A DNA stretch of 64,000 bases, taken from contig NZ_MKUD01000010.1 in NCBI RefSeq assembly GCF_001898575.1, positions 297,110 through 361,109 of the forward strand, read 5' to 3'. The position numbers and the translations under genes were made by a program. Below, piece after piece: positions 17,916-27,597 of this stretch (the first letter of the stretch is position 1; each line of letters starts with the position of its first letter). This stretch comes from Spirosoma sp. 48-14 (GTDB taxonomy: Bacteria > Bacteroidota > Bacteroidia > Cytophagales > Spirosomataceae). Under the pieces are notes generated by a model. That model had not been told where the DNA came from. It ran no database searches and worked only from the letters and a program-made list of their open reading frames with translations.

Positions 17916-19343
17916 ATGCGATGCTTTTTTAGTAACCTTTTTGTTCTGATTATTGCCGCCCATACCGTCCAAGCCCAAAAACAGAACGTCGATGTGTTGA
18001 TCAAGTCGGGTTCTCTGATCGATGTGCGAACGGGGACTATCCTGACAAAGAAACTGATTGCCACCCGTGGTAAGACGATTGTTGGCGTGTTCGATGAATC
18101 GCAGCTCCGAAATTTCCAGGCGAAAACGGTGATTGATGCCAAGGGCAAATACATTATTCCAGGACTTTGGGATATGCATGTGCATTTTGGCGGGGGCGAT
18201 ACGCTGATTGACGAAAATAAGGCCCTGCTTCCGCTGTACATTGCTCACGGAATCACCGCCATACGCGATGCGGCTGCCGACCTGAGCCCGTCGGTACTGG
18301 CCTGGCGCGACCAAATCGCTAAAGGGACACTGGAAGGCCCGACCCTGTTCACATCGGGTCCCAAACTGGAAGGTTACAAATCGAGTTGGGTGGGCGATAT
18401 TGAAGTGAGCACACCTGCCGAGGTCGATAAAATGCTGGATTCGCTGCAAGGTCTGAAGGTCGATTTTGTGAAGATCACTGACAACGCCATCAAGCCCGAT
18501 ATTTACCTATACATTTTGCAGGAGGCTAGAAAGCGAGGGATGAAAACATCGGGTCACGTGCCATTTGCTCTGACGATGGATGAGGTGACGTTGGCTGGGC
18601 TAGGGTCTGTCGAGCACTTGAGTTACTTGCTCAAGGCTGGTTCGTCACGTGATAAAGAAGTGGCCGAAAAAGTACGGGCCGGTATGCTTACGGCCCGAGT
18701 GGCTTCGCCCATGGTTACGCAGAGTTTCGATGAAGCAACGGCGATGGCGGTTTATGGGAGGATGGCTAAAAACGGAACTTTTGTCGTTCCTACGCTGACC
18801 ATCAGCCGTACCATTGCCTTTCTGGATCAGGATAATCACCAACAGGACAAGTACCTGTCATACATTGGTCAGGGGCTGAAAAATACGTATGCCTGGCGGG
18901 TGAGTCGAGTAGCAAAGGATGGGCCTGATGCCATTGCTGAACGACACGCTCTTTATGAAAAAACGAGTTCGTTGTTGCCTTTGCTGCATAAAGCCGGAGT
19001 GACTATTATGGCCGGAACCGATGCTGGTTTTCTAAACTCGTACGTGTACCCTGGTTTGGGACTGCATCAGGAACTCGGCTATTTCGTAAAAGCAGGCCTA
19101 ACCCCGTTACAGGCTCTGCAATCGGCCATACTACCGGGGCCTGCATTTCTGGGGAAAACAGCGCTGTATGGTGATATTGCCGCTGGCAAAAGCGCGGATA
19201 TCGTACTGCTTGACCGTAATCCGCTAGAAACGATTGAGGCTACCCAAGCCATTAACACGGTTATTCTGCGCGGAACCGTGTATAGCCGAAAGGCGTTGGA
19301 TGGGTTACTGGCCGAAGCACAAAATAAAGCTAGTACAAAGTAA
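17916..19343 (+). CDS. secreted amidohydrolase-family metallohydrolase
   Basis: Signal peptide; PGLWDMHVH, GHV, EH and MAGTDAG metal-binding motifs. Confidence 0.92.
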   Translation: MRCFFSNLFVLIIAAHTVQAQKQNVDVLIKSGSLIDVRTGTILTKKLIATRGKTIVGVFDESQLRNFQAKTVIDAKGKYIIPGLWDMHVHFGGGDTLIDENKALLPLYIAHGITAIRDAAADLSPSVLAWRDQIAKGTLEGPTLFTSGPKLEGYKSSWVGDIEVSTPAEVDKMLDSLQGLKVDFVKITDNAIKPDIYLYILQEARKRGMKTSGHVPFALTMDEVTLAGLGSVEHLSYLLKAGSSRDKEVAEKVRAGMLTARVASPMVTQSFDEATAMAVYGRMAKNGTFVVPTLTISRTIAFLDQDNHQQDKYLSYIGQGLKNTYAWRVSRVAKDGPDAIAERHALYEKTSSLLPLLHKAGVTIMAGTDAGFLNSYVYPGLGLHQELGYFVKAGLTPLQALQSAILPGPAFLGKTALYGDIAAGKSADIVLLDRNPLETIEATQAINTVILRGTVYSRKALDGLLAEAQNKASTK

Positions 19344-20185
19344 TGACTCCATCGTCGCAACCGATTGGCGTGTTCGACTCCGGCTACGGTGGCCTGACCA
19401 TCTTACGCGAAATCGTTAAAACGCTTCCTCAGTACGATTACGTATACCTGGGCGATAATGCCCGAACCCCCTACGGTACCCGCTCGTTCGAAACCGTTTA
19501 TCACTACACGCTGGAGTGTGTTCAGCATCTGTTCGACAGGGGGTGCCGACTGGTCATTCTGGCCTGTAATACGGCGTCGGCCAAAGCGTTACGAAATATC
19601 CAGCAATTGGATTTGCCAACATTGGCACCCGGACCAGATGGCCCTTCACGACGAGTGCTGGGTGTGATTCGACCAACAACCGAAGTTATCGGGAACTACT
19701 CGAAAACGGGCAATGTCGGTATTCTGGCTACGCGCGGCACGGTTACCTCGGAATCGTACGTGGTCGAAATTGAAAAGGCGTTTCCAGCTGTAAAGGTGTT
19801 TCAGGAAGCCTGTCCCATGTGGGTGCCCCTGGTCGAAAATGGCGAGTACGACCATCCCGGAGCCGACTATTTTGTGAAACAACACCTTGATCGGTTGCTG
19901 CTACAATCAACAGACATCGATACAATCCTGCTGGCCTGTACCCATTATCCGCTGTTGCTGGAAAAAATCCGGCAGTATGCCCCGGCTCATGCTACTATTT
20001 TGAGCCAGGGTGGTATTGTAGCCGAAAGCCTGGCAAACTATCTGACACGCCACCCTGAAATTGAAGCACAATGTAGCAAACACGGTCAGCGTGCCTTCCT
20101 GACCACCGACTCAACTGAAGATTTTGACCGACAGGCCACCATTTTTTATGGAGAGCCCGTACAGTCAGCTCATCTGGTGCTTTAA
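19343..20185 (+). CDS. murI: glutamate racemase
   Basis: IGVFDSGYGGLT, PYG, LACNTAS, LACTHYP motifs; TAATG overlap with the upstream gene. Confidence 0.97.
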   Translation: MTPSSQPIGVFDSGYGGLTILREIVKTLPQYDYVYLGDNARTPYGTRSFETVYHYTLECVQHLFDRGCRLVILACNTASAKALRNIQQLDLPTLAPGPDGPSRRVLGVIRPTTEVIGNYSKTGNVGILATRGTVTSESYVVEIEKAFPAVKVFQEACPMWVPLVENGEYDHPGADYFVKQHLDRLLLQSTDIDTILLACTHYPLLLEKIRQYAPAHATILSQGGIVAESLANYLTRHPEIEAQCSKHGQRAFLTTDSTEDFDRQATIFYGEPVQSAHLVL

Positions 20186-20288
20186 ATCCGTATGCATTTT
20201 TGTGTAAGTGAGTTTTCTGGGTAATAATCAGTACATTAATGGCGTATTTGTTGCTTTTACCTAAACGAACCTCTTAACAAAAACCACC

Positions 20289-20489
20289 ATGAACAAACGT
20301 TTTACGTCCGTTTTTACAATACTTTTAGTAGCTGCAAATGGGTTTGCGCAAGTGAAAAATGGTGGAGGAGTCGGGAAGGATACCGGTAAAGAACATTGGT
20401 CGGGTGTCGATTTATACTCAATCCTGATCGGCATAGCGATTGGCTTGATTATTGGCTATTTTCTGGGTAAACGGTCGTCAAAGTCGTAG
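20289..20489 (+). CDS. small membrane protein (signal-like N-terminus, C-terminal TM helix, basic tail)
   Basis: 66 aa: MNKRFTSVFTILLVAANGFAQ...LYSILIGIAIGLIIGYFLGKRSSKS. Confidence 0.6.
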   Translation: MNKRFTSVFTILLVAANGFAQVKNGGGVGKDTGKEHWSGVDLYSILIGIAIGLIIGYFLGKRSSKS

Positions 20490-22835
20490 GTTGTTTACGT
20501 GGTTTATACGTATCAACACAGGAACGGTGTAGGCTTGTCCTTTCATGGAAGGGTCTGAATAGCAAAAGAAGCCCGTTTTCTTCGCTTTATAGACCAACCT
20601 ATTGCGTTGAATCAGTTGACTTGCCTTGTTAAAGACAGTGCCTACCCGTTCGGGAAACGTGCCTGGCTGCGTCTGGAGCTGATGGCGAATTGCGTCGAGG
20701 TTAGTTAGCCTTTCGTTGGAGAAAATAAACAACATGTACTCCGTTCCAGGATCACCGGAAAGGGTAAGCAATGAATCTTTCGTAACATCAATGAGCGTAT
20801 TGGCCGACACAAGTGGAGCGAATGTGCCTGATGGGAAGAGCGTTGTGATGACACTATCGGTTGAATTCGCTGCCAGTGCGTAGAGGTACGATTGAGTGGT
20901 TGTCTTGATCGCGAGTCTTAGCGATGTGCCGGTTGGAAGCGATTTTGCGAGCGTATAGCCTTTGACCGAACGACCGTATTGGGTGGTTGTTGCCGACAAG
21001 GGCGTAGAAGGCGATAAGGCGTGGTAAAGCGATACATCGGCCGACAAAACGACTGCACTAGTGTTGGCGGGTAAGTAGGCCTGATAACCATACTTGGCAA
21101 AGCGGGCAAAATTCTCATAGGTTATCCAGAAGAATCCACCATCTCCCCAGTTCTTGCCCCAACTATTAATTAATTTGAAAGCGCCCTGACCCAGCATGTT
21201 ATCATCATAGCCTACAACACACATGGCATGGCCAAAATCGAGCGTATTCGATAAATCAGGTTTCCATTGGATGGCTGGTGGGGCCGTATCCGACGAAACG
21301 AGCTGCATAACCGAGTTTTGGAGCTTGGTAAAAAAGAGCCGACTAAACGAAAGGTGTCCAATCGAAGGGGTTAATTCCATGCCAATCACCACCGGGGATC
21401 GTTCTGCCAAAGCCTGTTTCGTGGCCAGTACTTTGTCTGCTTTATCATCGGTAATGCTGAACAGCTTCACATAGTCCAGTATTTTTGAATTCGGTTCGGG
21501 TTTATTGGTAGGTACATCAGTGCATGCGTTAACATTTGGGTAACTCGAAAAGCTGGCCAGGCCATATTTTTGGCAAAAGTCGAGGGCGCTCTCGGCAAAA
21601 ATCCCAAATGAGCAATTAACGTCGCCGGCATCCTTTATGAAATTGTAGAGATACGACGGTGAAAAACTGTGTTTCTGTATCGCTGCTTTATCGGTGAGGT
21701 TTAGTTTTATCGCTTCCAGTGTTGAACGCATATAATAGCCAATAGCAACCGCCACACACATCCCTTCCTGACCCTGATTGACAACGGGTGGGGTGTACTT
21801 CGATAAGTCCACGGCCCTTGGAGTTTTTAGCTTGAGAATGGGCTTTTGCTGCAACTGATTGTACCTGTCGTCGTCTACTCGAAACCCCTGCCATTGGGCT
21901 CCTCGTGAACTTGCCCCCGACGGTTGTATAGCCACTGGGTTAGACGATATTTTTTGCTGAGCGCTACACGGATTTATGTCGAGAATCGTGCTCTGGTTGC
22001 TATCTGGTACGTAGATCTCGGTAATGGCCTGTACCCACTGAAACGAAACTGTCGAAAGGTCGGTGGGCCGTGTATTGTCCAGTATGGAAAGGAACGCTTT
22101 GTTGAAAGCATTCGTAAAGAGGGTACCCGCAGCCCCGTTGCCCATATACCTGGATTTTGGAGTCAACGAACTACCGAACTGAACAACCCCGCAATTTTGT
22201 ATAAAAAGCCGTTTGAGGATTTCCCGCTCCAGATTGATAGTATAGATAACCGTACCGGACACTGCTCCTTCTCGCTGAGTAGTTTCAGTCTTGTAATCGG
22301 CCAGAATCAGGCTAAGGTGTGCTTTTTGAGCATTCAGCCATGTTTCCAGTTCACTGACTGCCAGGCCGCGTTCGGTAACGTCGTCCAGTCGCCAGTTGGC
22401 CAGTTTAGCAGGGGCCGACGGACTAATGCCATAGCCTGAAAAATAGACGATGATGATATCCTTCGGGTTCGTTTGGAGAGACAAGACAGTTTCTTTGAGG
22501 GTCTGGCTGGTAAAATGGTCTTTGGGAATCCGCCAGTTCTGGATTTGATAGGATAATCCATTCGCAATTTTGTTGATCACCTGTGCTATCAGGCTGTCGT
22601 TTTCCATATTGACACGGGCAAACTCCAGCTCGTTCTGTTCTTCCACGTAAATGACATGTACGAGGGGCTGACTGACTAACGTTCGGGACGCTGTCGGCTG
22701 TTGCCTGGGCTGCAGATTGGACAGTAGGTCAGTTGAGTTGTTAAGGGCGGGTTTGCTGGGGGGCAGAAAATGGATCTGAGCAAAAACTGCGACCGTACAG
22801 CAGCAAAAGTAGAATACTAACGCAATACGTTTCAT
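20478..22835 (-). CDS. secreted multidomain protein: inactive caspase-like domain + papain-like C1 peptidase + DUF4384-like domain
   Basis: DIIIVYFSGYG / LILADYK (caspase fold, dyad altered); NQGQEGMC, GHAMCVVGYDD, INSWGKNWGDGG (C1 triad); C-terminal LRLAIKTTTQSYLYAL...LFP. Confidence 0.8.
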   Translation of the reverse strand: MKRIALVFYFCCCTVAVFAQIHFLPPSKPALNNSTDLLSNLQPRQQPTASRTLVSQPLVHVIYVEEQNELEFARVNMENDSLIAQVINKIANGLSYQIQNWRIPKDHFTSQTLKETVLSLQTNPKDIIIVYFSGYGISPSAPAKLANWRLDDVTERGLAVSELETWLNAQKAHLSLILADYKTETTQREGAVSGTVIYTINLEREILKRLFIQNCGVVQFGSSLTPKSRYMGNGAAGTLFTNAFNKAFLSILDNTRPTDLSTVSFQWVQAITEIYVPDSNQSTILDINPCSAQQKISSNPVAIQPSGASSRGAQWQGFRVDDDRYNQLQQKPILKLKTPRAVDLSKYTPPVVNQGQEGMCVAVAIGYYMRSTLEAIKLNLTDKAAIQKHSFSPSYLYNFIKDAGDVNCSFGIFAESALDFCQKYGLASFSSYPNVNACTDVPTNKPEPNSKILDYVKLFSITDDKADKVLATKQALAERSPVVIGMELTPSIGHLSFSRLFFTKLQNSVMQLVSSDTAPPAIQWKPDLSNTLDFGHAMCVVGYDDNMLGQGAFKLINSWGKNWGDGGFFWITYENFARFAKYGYQAYLPANTSAVVLSADVSLYHALSPSTPLSATTTQYGRSVKGYTLAKSLPTGTSLRLAIKTTTQSYLYALAANSTDSVITTLFPSGTFAPLVSANTLIDVTKDSLLTLSGDPGTEYMLFIFSNERLTNLDAIRHQLQTQPGTFPERVGTVFNKASQLIQRNRLVYKAKKTGFFCYSDPSMKGQAYTVPVLIRINHVNNLRL

Positions 22836-22931
22836 CGAGTAAGTTAAGGTAGGAGGATTGTCTGATTAGTCGTTCTGTCTGGTAATCAATGTGCAACGAA
22901 TATATATATTTGTTAGCCAACTCATATTTCT

Positions 22932-24920
22932 ATGAAGCCTCTTTTCCTGCTCATTGGCTTGTCAATTAGTTCGTGTCCAGCGCTTGCCCAGATAAACCTG
23001 GCCGATAGTCTACAAAACCTGTTGGCCAGGCCCATACCCGATACCAGTAAAGTGTTGGCTCTTGATCGGTTAAGTCGGGCCTGGATGTATGCAAAGCCGT
23101 TTGAAGCCATGCAATGTGCCAGAAAGGGCTTACAGATAGCACAACGTATAGGATATGCCCGAGGGGAGGCCCGTATTCAGAACCGGATTGGTACTATTTT
23201 TCGGCTTACCGGTAATTTCGATCAGGCACTAACTGCTCATCTGACGTCTATAAACATTGCAGAAGCCAATCAGGATAAGGATGCACTGGCTCGAACGTAT
23301 AACAATCTCGGTAACCTTTACATCGAGCAGAACAACTGGACGCAGGCAATTCGCTATTTGCAAAAAGCACTTGCACTGGCTGAAGAGTTGAAAGACAGTG
23401 ATTTAAAGCAAATTGTGCTGACTAACCTGGGGTATGATTACATTTCGCAGAGCCGTTTGGACTCTGCGCTGAAGTATACAACCATAGCGTATCAGGAAGC
23501 CGTAAACCTCAAAACGAGCGATCGACAGGCCGAACTGATGAATCTGGGAAATGTGTATGGCCAGTTAGGTAAATACAAAGAGGCCCTGCAATATTTCCGA
23601 TTCAGTGTCGAAAACGGAAAAACGTCAAAAAATGCCCGTGTATTAAGCCAGACCTATTATGAAATGGCCGATGTCTTTAACAAAATGGGCCAGAAGGACT
23701 CGACTATTTTCTATGCTAACCAATCGTTGACAGTCGCACAGCGGAGCGCATTGCAGCTTAATATCGTCAAAGCCAGTTCATTACTGACCGATATATACGA
23801 GTCAACGGATCCGCGACAGGCAATCGCTTATTTAAAAATTGCTACCGCTGCCAAAGACAGTCTGGTTAACACGGAAAAAATTAAAAACTTTCAGAACATC
23901 GAGTTTAATGAAAAAATGAGGCACGAGGATGAGCAGCGGCTGGAAGAAAAATATCGGACCCGGATTACCATTTACCTGCTCGTAGGGGCCATTGGAACTT
24001 TCATCGCTATTGCGTTTATACTCTACCGTAACAACCGAATCAAGCAAAAAGCCAATGTGATCCTTAAAAAGCAACGGGACGAAATCAGTGTGCAACGGCA
24101 AAAAGCAGAGTTGGCGCTGACCGAGTTGAAAGCTACACAGAATCAACTCATTCAGCGCGAGAAACTGGCCAGCTTAGGCGAACTGACAGCAGGTATAGCC
24201 CATGAAATTCAGAATCCGCTGAATTTTGTTACTAATTTCTCTGAGGTGAGTACAGAGCTTATTGATGAGTTGGGCCAAGGGCCGTTTCAGCAACTCAATG
24301 AAGTCGATAAGCAATACGTAGACGAAATTATAGGTGATTTACGGGTGAACCTCGAAAAAATCAATTACCATGGAAAGCGAGCCGATGCCATTGTTCGGGG
24401 GATGCTGGAACATTCCCGAACGTCGACGGGCGAGAAAGCACCTATTCAGCTGAATAAACTAACCGAAGAACACCTGAATCTGGCTTTTCAGGGGTATAGG
24501 AGCAAAGTCAAAGAGTTTACCTGTCAGCTCGAAAGGGATTTTGGCGATACTGTAGGGGGCATTACGATCGTTGCTCAGGATGTAGGTCGTGTACTATTGA
24601 ACTTGTTTAGCAATGCATTCTATGCCATGAATCAAAAGCGTACCCTTTCTACTGCCGAATACCAACCCGTATTATGGGTGAGTACTCGACGGCAAAATGG
24701 GTACGTTGAAATCCGGGTGAAGGACAATGGCGCGGGTATTCCAGAGGGGATAAAAGCGAAAATCTTTCATCCTTTTTTTACGTCCAAGCCTACAGGAGAA
24801 GGAACCGGACTGGGTTTGAGCCTAAGTTTCGATATAATTACCAAAGGGCATAGCGGTGAACTAACCGTTGATAGCCGGGAGGGAGAAGGGACGGAGTTTA
24901 TCATCAGGCTTCCCGGTTAG
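22932..24920 (+). CDS. TPR-repeat sensor histidine kinase
   Basis: Signal peptide, TPR repeats, one TM, GIAHEIQNPLNF H-box, N-box, DNGAGI, FFTSK, GTGLGLS. Confidence 0.93.
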   Translation: MKPLFLLIGLSISSCPALAQINLADSLQNLLARPIPDTSKVLALDRLSRAWMYAKPFEAMQCARKGLQIAQRIGYARGEARIQNRIGTIFRLTGNFDQALTAHLTSINIAEANQDKDALARTYNNLGNLYIEQNNWTQAIRYLQKALALAEELKDSDLKQIVLTNLGYDYISQSRLDSALKYTTIAYQEAVNLKTSDRQAELMNLGNVYGQLGKYKEALQYFRFSVENGKTSKNARVLSQTYYEMADVFNKMGQKDSTIFYANQSLTVAQRSALQLNIVKASSLLTDIYESTDPRQAIAYLKIATAAKDSLVNTEKIKNFQNIEFNEKMRHEDEQRLEEKYRTRITIYLLVGAIGTFIAIAFILYRNNRIKQKANVILKKQRDEISVQRQKAELALTELKATQNQLIQREKLASLGELTAGIAHEIQNPLNFVTNFSEVSTELIDELGQGPFQQLNEVDKQYVDEIIGDLRVNLEKINYHGKRADAIVRGMLEHSRTSTGEKAPIQLNKLTEEHLNLAFQGYRSKVKEFTCQLERDFGDTVGGITIVAQDVGRVLLNLFSNAFYAMNQKRTLSTAEYQPVLWVSTRRQNGYVEIRVKDNGAGIPEGIKAKIFHPFFTSKPTGEGTGLGLSLSFDIITKGHSGELTVDSREGEGTEFIIRLPG

Positions 24921-24933
24921 ATGGCCACATCAC

Positions 24934-27321
24934 TTAAAACACGACCCGATAGCTAAGAATAGGGATCAGACCACTGCCATAGCTGATTTTAAGTGTACCA
25001 CTGGCTGGGTCATAATAGCGTCCGTAAATGTTCTGTCGGTTTACAGCATTCTGTATGTCGAGTGAAAGGGTGCGTGTCGAATGGGGGCGGTTCTTCTTCC
25101 AGCTTAGCCGAAGGTCGGGCCGAAAATAAGCGGGTAGTTGTTCGGTAAAGGCCTGATTGTCGAAGTAAACCGTTTCGCCAAGCCGTTTCGATTCTGTCAG
25201 ATCGATAGGGGTGTCGCGGTAGCCGCCGTAGTAGCTTAGTTTTAGATTCAGCCCAAAGACATGGGAGCCTGATACCCATTCCTTTCCTGCCAGCAGGCTT
25301 TGGGCAAAACGACCATTCCAGCGTGTGCTGCGCCATACACCATCCGAACCCTGGTATTCCGAGTTATACAGCGATGACGATAGCAGGAAATAATAGCTGT
25401 TGCCGGAGGCTGCTTTAAGTAGAAATTGCTCCAGTGTCAGCTCCAGGCCATAGTTTCGTCCGAGGCCGGTGTTGGTCAGTAGTTGGTCCGTAAAGCCATC
25501 GAATCGGTTGATAATAGCGAATGCATTTTTTTCGGCAGCACTGACCGGAATGTTGACTAGATGCTGGTAGTACGTTTCCAGTTTCAGTCGTAGTGGTGAG
25601 CCGGTATTCCAACTGTTCAGCCGTCGGTCATATGCCAGCACGTACTGATGTGAGCGGGTAAAGCCCAATGCCCGGTTGGAAGCTCCGTTCCCATTTTCCG
25701 ATGGGTCGACTGGACGCATAAAATAAGTGGCTGGGTTCTGAATCTGGCTGTGCAGGCCGTAGCCCAGGCTAACAGATTGATCAGGCGAAAAGGCCCAGCG
25801 GATCGAACCCCGTGGTTCCAGCGCCGAAGAGCCGTTCAGGGCCAACCGGAGATAATGCATGCCAACATTGACAGTGAGTTGTTCCGAAATCCGGTAGTTC
25901 CACTGACCAAACGCCTGTAACGTCTGTGTCTGATCATTGACCTGCACCCGTGTCAGTAATTGGCGTTGTTCGGCTTCCCAGGATTTTTGGTACAGGTTAT
26001 ACAGCAGCTGGGTACCGATCAGCCCAGTCCGAAACGTGTGTTGAGCGTTGAGTTTATAGGTCAGCGTTGACGAGAGAATCCGCTTTTGAATGGTGTAGGC
26101 GGCATCGTTTCGTTCCGAAGCGGCATAGTCGTTGGCTGGTTCCAGAAGTGAGTTTTGGAAACTGTTTTTGTAGCCAGACACCAGGAAAACGGTTTTTAGC
26201 AAGGCCTTTCGCCCGATGGGTAGGGTATGCGTAACCCCGGCTGCCCCTGTATTGGAGCGGAAATCTTCGTTATATCGGTCGTAATCGTTCGCCCACTTTG
26301 ATGAATCGGCAGGGGCGTTGATTTTGCTGCTACTCAATCCACCAAAACCGAACAGGGTAAACGTTCCAGCCGTTCGGGTTGGCAGGTAGACATTGAACGA
26401 CAAATCCTGAAACACCCTGTCGCCAGTACCGATGTTAACGCCCAGTTTGGATAGCAAACCGAGAGTGGAATAGCGATAATTGACCAGAAATGAACCGTTG
26501 TACCCTTTCGCTATGGGGCCTTCGGCAGCCAGATCAATGCCCAGCAGTCCGGCTTGCAGCGTGTATTCGCGTTTGGTGCTATTTCCCCGGCGTAGGCGCA
26601 GATCAAATACGCCCGAAAGCGCATTGCCGTATTCGGCCGGAAAAGCGCCGGTCAGAAAATCCGAATTGGCCAGTAACTGGGCGCTGAGGATGGAAATGCC
26701 TCCACCAGCCGTACCCAGGTTGGAAAAATGATTCGGGTTTGGTATCTCGACACCTTCCATGCGCCATAGTAGCCCGTTTGGTGTATTGCCCCGGATAATG
26801 ATGTAATTACCGCCATCGTCGGCACCGACCACACCCGCGTAGGCTGTTGCCATACGGGCCGGGTCATTGACAGCAGCTGCAAATTTCTGCGTTTCTTCCA
26901 CCGAAAACGTTCGGGCCGATACGGTAGCCATTTCGTTGATCGGTTTGTCTTTTTCAGTGGTTGGTTTGACCGTTATTTCACCCAGTTGACTAACCGCTTC
27001 TTCGAGGGAAATACTCAGAACCAGTTCTTTCCCGGCGTCGACGACAATGTTTTGGAGGGTCGCCACCTTGTAGCCAACAACACTGATTTGCAGGCTCTGA
27101 CGACCGACCGGAACCTGTGTAAGCTGAAACTGACCTGTGGCATCGGTACTGGTTCCTTTAATGGGCGACGAATTGAGGATAATCACCGAAGCGCCGGGTA
27201 GAGGTGTTTGTAAACTTTGATCCACGACCGTACCCCGGATGGTCTGTGTTAATGATTGAGCCTGTAGAGAAAGCGAAAGCAGAAAAACGGCTAAAAACGT
27301 GAATGGTGAGCGGAGTTGCAT
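24934..27321 (-). CDS. TonB-dependent receptor with N-terminal CarboxypepD_reg-like domain (no STN domain)
   Basis: Signal peptide, IRGTVVD...LPGASV, plug motif IIRGN...EGVEIPNPNHF, AEYGNALSGVFDL, C-terminal SYRVVF. Confidence 0.92.
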   Translation of the reverse strand: MQLRSPFTFLAVFLLSLSLQAQSLTQTIRGTVVDQSLQTPLPGASVIILNSSPIKGTSTDATGQFQLTQVPVGRQSLQISVVGYKVATLQNIVVDAGKELVLSISLEEAVSQLGEITVKPTTEKDKPINEMATVSARTFSVEETQKFAAAVNDPARMATAYAGVVGADDGGNYIIIRGNTPNGLLWRMEGVEIPNPNHFSNLGTAGGGISILSAQLLANSDFLTGAFPAEYGNALSGVFDLRLRRGNSTKREYTLQAGLLGIDLAAEGPIAKGYNGSFLVNYRYSTLGLLSKLGVNIGTGDRVFQDLSFNVYLPTRTAGTFTLFGFGGLSSSKINAPADSSKWANDYDRYNEDFRSNTGAAGVTHTLPIGRKALLKTVFLVSGYKNSFQNSLLEPANDYAASERNDAAYTIQKRILSSTLTYKLNAQHTFRTGLIGTQLLYNLYQKSWEAEQRQLLTRVQVNDQTQTLQAFGQWNYRISEQLTVNVGMHYLRLALNGSSALEPRGSIRWAFSPDQSVSLGYGLHSQIQNPATYFMRPVDPSENGNGASNRALGFTRSHQYVLAYDRRLNSWNTGSPLRLKLETYYQHLVNIPVSAAEKNAFAIINRFDGFTDQLLTNTGLGRNYGLELTLEQFLLKAASGNSYYFLLSSSLYNSEYQGSDGVWRSTRWNGRFAQSLLAGKEWVSGSHVFGLNLKLSYYGGYRDTPIDLTESKRLGETVYFDNQAFTEQLPAYFRPDLRLSWKKNRPHSTRTLSLDIQNAVNRQNIYGRYYDPASGTLKISYGSGLIPILSYRVVF

Positions 27322-27351
27322 GATGGAACAGAAAACGATGATTCGCTTTCC

Positions 27352-27378
27352 TGACAGCCGACGTCAACAAGACCCCTA
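27352..27378 (-). promoter_or_regulatory. putative ECF-sigma promoter, copy 1 (TonB receptor)
   Basis: Minus strand TAGGGGT-cttgttgacgtcgg-CTGTCA, 30 nt before ATG 27321. Confidence 0.8.
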
Positions 27379-27597
27379 TGACCACTCGTCAAAAAGTTTC
27401 AGATTGCAGGCTATCGCCAACCGGGTCAGTTATGTAAAAACGAACTTCAGTGGAGATAACAGCTAGTAAGCAATCGGTAGACGTTGTATTAATCCTAGCA
27501 GAATAGATTAGTTTTTCGTGTAAATTAAATGGGATGGAAAACTGACACTAAACTTGGCATGAAAATAGTGATTAGGGACTTCTAAAATGCCGCGTTT

